Source of the DNA: Blastocladiella emersonii ATCC 22665
Lineage: Eukaryota > Fungi > Blastocladiomycota
Assembly: GCA_025594325.1 (NCBI GenBank)
Contig: JANHCV010000003.1
Location: forward strand, 2,356,001-2,420,000
Direction: 5' to 3'
Length of the DNA: 64,000 bases
The notes beneath the pieces were generated by a model. It ran no database searches. It saw only the letters and a program-made list of their open reading frames with translations, and was not told the origin of the DNA. This document shows, piece after piece, positions 55,422-64,000 of this stretch. A program made the translations under genes and the position numbers. The first letter of the stretch is position 1. The number at the start of each line of letters is the position of its first letter.

Positions 55422-58400
55422 CTACTCGGACGCGGGCAGCACGTTGCCCTCGGGCACCACGAACACGCGCGCGTACGGCGACACGATCTCCGCTTCCTCG
55501 CCACTGCTCTCGCTCCCGCGCAGCACCGTGACGCGGCACCGCGCCAGGTCCACGGCGCCCGTGACGAGCGGCACCGCCATGATGGGCATGCGGTACTCTT
55601 GCCCCGGCATGAGCGTCAGCTGCACCGTCTTGTCGCCGGCAAACTGCGCCGCGAGCTGCTGCGTCGACGCGGCTTGCCCGCCCTCAGCCGAGCCGTCGTC
55701 AGACGCCGCCGGGTTGCTCGGCACGACGGCCGGCTCGATGGTCATCTGGACGCGGTGCACGGCGGCCGTCAGGTTGAACACGGCGAACTCGACGTGGTGC
55801 GGCGCGAAGTGGGTCGCGTCCGTGAGGCACTCTACACTCGTCGCACACGTCAGTGATATGCCCCTCGCATCCATGAGCTTCGTGCGACGTACCTGTCTCG
55901 AGCACCAGCGCAACCGGCTTCCGTTGAATCACGGGCAGCCCGACCTTGGTCTCGACCACCTCTTCTTGTCCACGGCGGCGCCACCGCACGACCGCGGTCC
56001 CGAGCGCGAGCCGGACCTCCTGCGCGACCGTCGACGGGAACCGGGACGTGACGTGGGCCGCAGCGCGCCAGACGGCCTCTGCCGCCGCACCCTCCCCACC
56101 TCCCGCCGTCGCCGCCGTGGCGGAACACGTCGCGAGCACCATCCCCGAAACCACGCCGCCTCCCCCAACGACGCGCGCGGGCACCTCGATCCCGACAACC
56201 TCGACGTCGCCCGCATCCGCGCCAGGCGTGACATCAATGAGCAGCGCGCGTTCCTCAACAAACCCGCGCTCGGTCCCCGCGACCGCGGGCCCGCGCGGTA
56301 CACGCTCGCCGGTCGCGAGGTCGACGGGCGCGGGCGCGGGCGGTGGCGGGAGGACGTGGGCGCGCGCCGGGGACACGGAGAAGCTGACGGTGAAGGGCGC
56401 GGCGACGTGGAGCGGGTGCACGGCCGTCGGGCGCGCGGAGCGCGGGATGCCGGTCGCGACGGACCACCGGCGGCCGACGGCGGTGCTGGGGACGGTGGCG
56501 GTAGGGGAGGCGGGCTCGGCGGAGGAGGGGTTGGAAGGGGTGGGGTCCGCGTCGTCGATCTCGACGACCAGGCTCGCAGGCGCAGCGGGCGTCGAGGTGC
56601 TCGCGCGGAGGTACACGGTGAGCGTCGCGGGGACCGACGTGAGCGGGAGGTCGAGCGAGGCAGCTGCTTCACCACCGCCTTGGCCCGCGGCAGCCTGGGC
56701 GGCGTCGCGCGTCGCGTACAGCATCGGTGCGGCGCCGTCAACGCGGACACGCGCAACGAGCCGGTCGGCCAAAACAAACTTATCGCTACCCGCGGGCGGC
56801 GCGACGTGGACCGTGACCTCGGCCACCTCGTCGACGAGGAGCACGCGCGGCGCGGTGATCGTGTGCTGCAGCTGCCAGTACGCGGGGAGGACGCGAAGGT
56901 GCGCGCGGGGTGCGCCAGGGGCGGGCGCCGCGGGGGCGGTCGTCGAGGGGAGTGACGGCGAGGCCGTGATGATAGACGACTGCGGCGGCGGCGGGACCGC
57001 GTGGCGCAGGGCGACCGTCAGGCCCGCGGTCCACGTCACGTCGACGTTGATCAGGTGCAGGTCCGCGACCTCGTTGGGCGTCAGCGCGACGCGCAGGGTC
57101 AGGTCACCCGTGGACGCGGAGCGCAGATTGGCGCGGATCTGCTTGGCCCACGGGACCGCGGTTTTGGGGAGAGCGGGCGCGTCGGCGTCGTGGACCACGT
57201 CAAAGTTATACGCCGGGTCGTCGAACGCGACCGACACGCCGGTCCACCGCTGCGCGAGCCCGGCGGCGCCCGCGCGCGACGCGAGGCGGACCGTCACGTC
57301 CACGGGCTGGTGCACGGCGGCGTTCGGTGCGGCGAACGCGGGGCGGACGTCGACGAGCCCGGCGGCATCGACCGTGACCGCCTCGCCTCCCGCGGCGGTC
57401 GCCATAAGCGCATCCATCGCATCCCAATCCGCCTTCCCACCAACCGCGACGCGCTCGAGCCGCACCGCGACCCGCGCGGGCTCGGTCCCGGTTACCTTCT
57501 CGAGACACGCGAGCCAGTCATCGAGGGCGCGGGCGCGGAGCGCAGTCCAGCCGGCCTTGCGGAACGTCTTGGCGATGCGCTCGAGGACGGGCGCAGCCGC
57601 CGCGTGGTCGCCCGCGGCCGCGTACGCGTCGGCGAGCGGGCGCGCGAGCAGGACGTACTGGTTCGGGTGCCGCGTGCGCGCGCACCACTCGGCGCCGCGC
57701 ATGAGCCAGAACCGGCGAGTGGCGCCTTCGGCAACCGCCGAGCTGCGGGCCTGGACGCGCGCGGCGAGTGGCGGAGGGAGGAGAGGGAGCAGGGTCACGG
57801 TCGGCAGGCTCTCTTTCGCCGCCAAATCGGCAGCATGGGCGGCGTCCGCCGCGCGGTGGTACCAGTGTCCCGCATTCGGGACGGCGTCGGTCCACGCGCG
57901 GTACGGCGCGGTGGTCGACGCGTCGTGCGCGGTAGCGTCCGCGAGCGCAGCGGTCGCGTCGGCGACGTGGCCGAGGAACGCGGCGCGCCAGTCGTCGTAG
58001 ACCCACGCGAGTCGCGGCGCCGCGGCGGGTCCGTCGGGCAGACTCGCGACCTGGTCCATGTGTCGCGCGAGCGCCGTGGCGGCGACGGCGGCGTTGCCGA
58101 GGAACACGTTGAGCTTGACGAGTTTCAGGGCGACCACGTCGAGCAGCGTGCGCGCCTCGTACCAGCGTTTCCCGAACACGTCAATCTGCGGCTGCGCATG
58201 CCCGCCGGGGAACTCGGACGTGGGCGAGGCGGGCGGGGACGCGGTGACGAGCCCGTGCACGGCGTCGGGGACGCGGCCGGCGGCGAGGTAGGAAGTGACG
58301 AGGGCCTGGTAGACGGCCGAGTAGGCGCGCAGGGCGGCGAGCCAGTCGCCGCGCAGCTCGGCGAGGAAGGCCAGCTTGTAGTCGTAGCGCAGGGTCCAGC

Positions 58401-59729
58401 CGAGGTGCGTGAGACGTGTCGGGGCGGTGCTGGTGGAGGCGCGCGTGGGCGAGGGCGGGACGAGCTTGCCGCGCTTGCGCTTGAGGTTGGCGGCCTTGGT
58501 CTGGTAGAAGCGCTGGGCGGGCTCGAGGAGGGCGGGCTGGAAGCTGTGCGGGAGAGGGTCAGTGTTCGGGTTCAGGAGAGCATTTTGAGGCGACGACGTA
58601 CTGGGAGGCGATGGTGTCGGGATCCGCGTCCGAGGCGAGGACGAAGATGGACTTGCGCTCGAGGTTGAGCGTCTTGCGGAGGGCGGCGACACGTTCCTCG
58701 ACCCACTCGGCGTCTAAAAAAGCCGTCGTCAGCGAGAGTCGATACGGATTAAAGAAAGAACGTACCGAGCGACTTGGAATCGGCGACGACGAGACACAGG
58801 AGGATGCGCGACTTGATGGGGTCCGTGTAGGATCGCAGTGTGAGGACGGCGTCGGCAATGGCAGCATCCTGGTCGCGCTCCCACGCGGTAAAGCGGTCGA
58901 GGGGCGAGCTCGGCGGGCGCGGCAGTGGTACCGCGGCCGAGTCGACCGACGTGCGGGCAGGGCTCGGCGAGCGCGAGAGCCGCAGCGGCGCGACCACGGC
59001 GGGCGAGCGGTCGAGCGACTGGTCACGTCCACGCGTCGCGGGAGAAGCCGAGGCGGGGTCCTGGACCAGCGGCTGGAACAGCAGGGTGAGGGCGGGCAAG
59101 TGGGCGTGGTACTTTGTGTGCCAGCGGTGGTCGATGAGGCCGTCGGGGGCGAGCGGCGCGTCGGGCGCCGTGGACAGGGGCGACAGCGGCGAGTGGGTTT
59201 CCGGCGACGCGCGCGCGGTGGGCAGCTGCTCCATGAAGGCCTGGTCGGCGAACACGAGGCGCAGACGGTCCTGCTCGAAGCGGTCGCCGGGCGACGGGGC
59301 CGACATGCTCGAGGCGCTCCCCGTGCGTGCCGGGAGCGCCGGCGGCGTGCGACCCGTCGTGGGCGGGCGGCTCGGTGCGAGCGGCAGCCACGCGTTGGCG
59401 GCGGGCGGCAGTGGCGGCGGAAGCCCGCCCGTGCTCACGCTCGAGGGCCGCGCAGTCGGCGGCGCGTCGGAGCGGGCGAGGGTGGCGTGCAGGGCGTGGC
59501 GGAGCTGGATGGCGAAGGGCGTCTGGTGCAGCGGCGTGCCCTCGGATCCCGGTGCCGCAGTCGCGTCGAGCGGCGGGGCGAGCGTGCCGAGGACAGTCGA
59601 GGAGCCCGACAGGGCGTCGTCGGCGGCGGAGGGCGGGGTCCACGGCGTCAGGCCGACGGCGGCCACGAGCGGGGTCGGGTGCAGCAGGTACGCGGCGTGC
59701 AGCAGCGGGTCGGGGGCCGGATCGGACAT
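55422..59729 (-). CDS. TRAPPC11: TRAPP complex subunit 11 (Foie gras/Gryzun family), multi-exon
   Basis: P.PLVAAVGL, DGLIDHRWHTKYH...P.LTLLF, EERVAALRKTLNL, RYDYKLAFLAELR.D...AL..Y, RWYEARTLLDVVALK; Ig-like C-terminal region. Confidence 0.85.
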
Positions 59730-60263
59730 GGTTGCGGCGAGTGCATGCAGTTTCGTGCGCGCTCAGGGATCCATGGCATCTATGGTCGGTCGGCGTGAAG
59801 GAGGGGAGGGCGGTTGCGACGAGATGAGAGCGACGCGCCGCCACCGCTGATCTCGCTGACACCGCCCAGCGTCACGCGCCGTCCACGCGCACATAACCAC
59901 CCCCTCGGGCGCCGCCACGTATAGAGCATGATACAGTACAGCCCGGCACTTCGGGGGGGACCGAGGTCCGCGGGTGAGTGGTGCGAAGCGGTCCGCAGCG
60001 CGGCCAATTGCCGCGGCCAGAGTTTGAACTCTGTCGCTGCCGCGTCGCCACCGTCCGCGCCCAGCGTTGCTCGAGCCCACACCTTCCCGCTCGGGTCGGT
60101 GAGCTGACGGCTGGCCGAAGAAGGCTCTGGCCCTCGTCCGCCACCGAGGAGGCTCGGTGGCGGGGAGGGAGGGAGGGAGAGCGCCTCCTCTCTCGCGCGC
60201 GGTCCCCTCTCCCCTCCCATCAACCATCGCATCCTCCAACACTCCTTGCAACGCATCACCAGC

Positions 60264-63200
60264 ATGACATCGACTGCGCCGGGCGCCTCGCCGCCCGAGC
60301 CCGCGTCCTTCACGGACCTCGCGGCGGCCCTGCGCGCCACGCTCGACGCCTCGCACGCCTGGGTCGCCGCCATGACGCTGGCCGCTCCCGCCGACGGCGC
60401 CGACCGCGCGCCCGCCGTCGCCCGCGCCCTGCTCAACGCTTCGCGCACGCTCACCGCCATGGATCTCATGGCCGAGACCCTCGCCGACCTCGCCGTCACG
60501 CTTGACGCCGGCGTGCTCGTTGAGCAGGCCTACGCCGCCGTGCCGTCCCCGCCCGTGGCGGGTGCGTCGCCCGTGGTTTCTACGGTGGCATCGCCGGCGC
60601 CTCCTGCACCTCCTGCTGCGGTGGAACCGGAGCCGCAGCGTGAGGTGGCGCTCGAGTCCATTGACGACGCGTTCCCCGTTGCGGCCGAGGAACCGCCTGC
60701 TGCTGCTGATTCCGCCGACCCTTTGCCTTCTCTCGATACTGCTGCTGCTCCCATCGACGAGCCTGTCCAGCCCGAGGATCCCGCGCCAGAGTCGCCCGCC
60801 GACGCCGAGCCCGAGCGCGGCCGCTCGCTCAACCGCGCACCGACCATCGACACGGTCCCGGCCTCGCTCCTCTCCGTCCCCGTCTCGGCCAACCAGATCA
60901 TTGCCGCCTACGACCTGCCCTCCGACTCGCTCCCGCGCACCATCCACGAGGAGGCCGGCGACGATGACGAGGATGCAGTCTCGCTCATCGCCAGCCCCGA
61001 CGAGTCGCCGCTGTCGCGCTCGCCCGTCAACGACAACGCAGACGCCGTGTCCATGGAGTCCATCGACTCGGACATTTGCTTTGCCGCCACGCCCGCCGAC
61101 CCTGTCTCCACCGATGATGAGCACCACCGCGCGGGCCCCATCCTGCTGCACCCGGTCCCCAAGACCGCCACCGTCCCGATCCCGCTCGCCCTCGACGACC
61201 TGATGCTCGAGCTGCGCGACCTCGACTCGGAGCTCGACCGCGCCGTCGACCGCGCCCTGCAGCACCCGGGCGCCGCGCCGGGCCTGCCCGAACCCGAGGA
61301 CCCCGTCACCGCCGCCTTCTTCGATGCGCCCGCCGACCAGCTCGCGCCCGAGGTCGAGGAGCTCGCCGAACGCTTCTTCACCGCCCAGCGGCCCAGCCGC
61401 GACTCGGCCATGTCGTCGTCCGCGTTCGGCGCCGATATCTTCCTCACGGCCGAGCGCGACCCGCTGCCTGCTGCCTCTGAGACGGATGATGACGATGAGA
61501 ATGACGATTTCCAGTCTGGTACGATCTCTGCTCATCCAGGGTGATCCGCCACCGGGCTCACCATCACGCGAACCGTCTAGTTTCGGGCAGTCTCCCGCGC
61601 GTCTCGCCCAACCACCCGAGCGAGGAACATGGAGATGAATTCGAGCCGCCGCTCGTGTCTCCAACCTCGACCGTGATTGCCCCAGCGCACCCTGCCGTCC
61701 CCACTCCCGCCGAACCCGTCTTCACCGCGTCGCCGACCAACTCGCTAGCGCGCCGCCTCAACACGGCCGCGCCGCTGCCCGCCGCCCTCGACACGTCCAT
61801 GGACCGCTTCTCGGCCGCGGACCCGCACTCGCCGCCATCGCCGCCCAACCTGCACCACCCGCCGCTCCACCACCACCACCACCCGTCCGCGGCATCCGAT
61901 ACCCCACACCCCGACGGTTCCCTCCCGCGCGCGACCGCGTCGCAGACCTCGCTCCTCGTCGACGTGACGGTCCCCGCCGACGCGTTGGGGTCCGGCTCGC
62001 GCCGCGCGACCGCCGAGGCCATGGACGAGGCGCGCGCCGTCGTCGCCGCGTACGCCGCGCCTGTGGCCCGCGAGGCCCTTCGCCGCGTCACGGCCGACGC
62101 CACGATGCTCGCGTCCGCGGCTGTCGGCGGCGGGGCTGGCGCCAAGTCTCCGCCCATCTCCTCCCCACCGCTGCAGGTCCAGCAACCGCGCCCGCACCGC
62201 GCGAGCCTCGGCGAGTCCGTGTTCGCCGACCAGCCGCACCGCATGTCGGACCCGGCGCTCGATGCCGCGTGGCAGGCGCACCAGCACCCGCACGCGCAGC
62301 ACGCGGCCCTGCCGCCGCGCGCCGCGAGCGCGGGACCCGACACGGGCGCGGGCGTGTTCCCGCCGCCGCCGTCCGAGTGGCAGGTGCACGCGGGCGGCCC
62401 GCGGTCCGGGTCGCCGGTATCGGGCACCGCGTCGACCAGCTCGGCCCGCAACGCCGCCAGCGCGGCAGCGTACGCGGCGCGCCGCAGCGTCGGGTTCGTC
62501 GAGGCCGTGGAAGTCGTCCGCCCGCCGTCGTCGGGGAAGCGCCGGCTCGGCCCGCTGAGCGCCCTGCGCAAGATCTTCCAAGGTAGTAGCGGGAACTCGT
62601 CCGCGGCGCACCAGCGCAGCCGGAGCGCGAGTCCCGGCACCTCGTCGAGCCCGCCGCCGCCCGCGGCACCCACGACAGGCCGCGACCCAGCGCCGCCCGC
62701 GCTGCGGACCAACCCGGCGGTCGCGCGCACCATCGCGTCGACGACGGACCTCGCTCGGTCCGAGTCGCAGATCTCGCGCCACATCCACCTCGCCGAGGCT
62801 AACATGGAGCATAACGTGCGCCTGATCGCGCAGATCGGCGCGCAGGCCGCCGCGGCCGCGCAGGCAGGACCGTCGGGCCGTGGACCCGCGCCCGTCATGA
62901 TGCCGCCGCCGCGCGCCATGACCGCGCCGCCGGCGCCCGTGCCAATGGCCGAGGCGGGGATGATGAGCAGCAAGCCGGCGACGCCGCGCCCGCGCGTCGC
63001 GATCCTCGACACCCCGCAGATCCACGAGATGACGCCCGAGTCGAGTCTCGCGCGCAGCAGCGAGATGCTCGCCGCGCTACCGCTGCCCGTCGCGCCGCAC
63101 CCTGCTGTCGCCGCTGCAGTGGAGACCATGCCGGTGGCGGCCGCGGCGGCGATCGAGGAGCCCGGCGCGCTCGACCGGTTCCTCCCGCCGTCGGCCGAGG

Positions 63201-64000
63201 AGGCCGAGGAACAGCAGCAGCAGCAGCAGCAGCGGGTCCGGTCGCAGTCGTTTGCGAGCGGCACGAGCGCGGGCGTGCCCGACAACGACGCCGCCGACGC
63301 CGTCGTCGTCGTCGCCTCCCCCATCATCGAGCCGCTCCCCGCCGCCAAATCCACCGCGAGCCCGCGCGCGACGGCGCTCAGCATGCTGGTGGGCGACGAC
63401 GCGAGCGGCGACGACGACGAGGACGCGGGCGACGGCGCCGAGCTGTGGCCGCTCGTCGAGCTGTCGTCGGACCGCCAGGCCGCGCTGCAGGTGCGCGCCG
63501 GGACTCTGGTGCGACAGATTGCGCGCGACGCGATCGGGTACTACGCGGCGAACGAGCCCGACGAGCGGCGCGCGCACTCGCGGCGCTGTCACGCCGCGTT
63601 CCTCGCGTACCGCGCGGCGCCCGCGATCCAGGGCCTGCACCAGGCGTGCATGCGGGTCACTCTCGCGACGCTCGTTCATGCGCTCGACTCGGTCAAGTCC
63701 GCGGCGGCCGGCGGCGGGAAGAAGCGGCCGGGCGCCGTCGGCCCGGCGCCGCACCTCCCCGAAATCCCGGACCCCGAGGAGCTCGCGCGCGTCCAGCGCA
63801 CGCTGCTCGGGTTCGTCGCTGCTTACACGGACAGCGGGCCGCCCTCATCCACCTCAACCCCCGCCGCTGGCGGAGCACCGGCCGTCGCTGGCCTCGCGCA
63901 GTACCTGTACCCGGCGCGCGTGGTCGCGGCCGCGTACGGCAAGTTCAAGCCGCCGCACCCGGTCGTGTACCGGCTGCTCGACCGGATCGCCGCGCTGCTC
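60264..64000 (+). CDS. Large low-complexity protein of unknown function, runs off the window
   Basis: GC3-rich frame continues across intron 61519-61580 (TCT G|TT TCG); Pro/Ala/Ser-rich, with a helical region starting near 63430. Confidence 0.7.

Noticed and set aside
40-64000. Hundreds of overlapping Arg/Ala/Gly-rich ORFs, including long antisense ones (e.g. 3900-6107, 41305-43422, 55946-58000, 59763-61664)
   Set aside because: Expected shadow frames of high-GC coding DNA; no motifs, and they mirror recognisable genes.
1-64000. tRNA, rRNA, CRISPR arrays or prokaryotic operons
   Set aside because: None recognised by eye; gene structure is eukaryotic. A tRNAscan/Infernal run would be needed to exclude small RNAs.

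Overview
GC-rich eukaryotic DNA with short (about 50-70 nt) GT-AG introns. It carries flagellum/centriole genes (TTLL9, a Tctex-type dynein light chain, SAS-6-like) together with fungal-type housekeeping genes, which suggests a zoosporic fungus, possibly Blastocladiomycota (inference). Conserved genes occupy 1-4.2 kb, 26-44 kb and 49.7-64 kb. The 4.2-26 kb region is accessory: a tandem array of F-box-like genes, and a near-perfect 3.2-kb inverted duplication (USP gene plus one F-box-like gene). The right-hand copy is split by an 8.7-kb Helitron2/Helentron-like element with asymmetric terminal inverted repeats. That element contains a complete PIF/Harbinger transposon and an IR-flanked DDE-integrase-like remnant. 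The most notable protein-level observations are: (i) a gene model that splices two SAS-6-like head modules into one polypeptide, (ii) a G-alpha with substitutions at both positions equivalent to Ras G12 and Q61, (iii) a double Venus-flytrap multi-pass membrane receptor with tandem RRGS motifs, (iv) a triad of small motif-sharing orphan genes, and (v) a TGT...ACA fold-back MITE whose removal restores an LRR gene. All identifications come from reading motifs by eye; no database searches were run.
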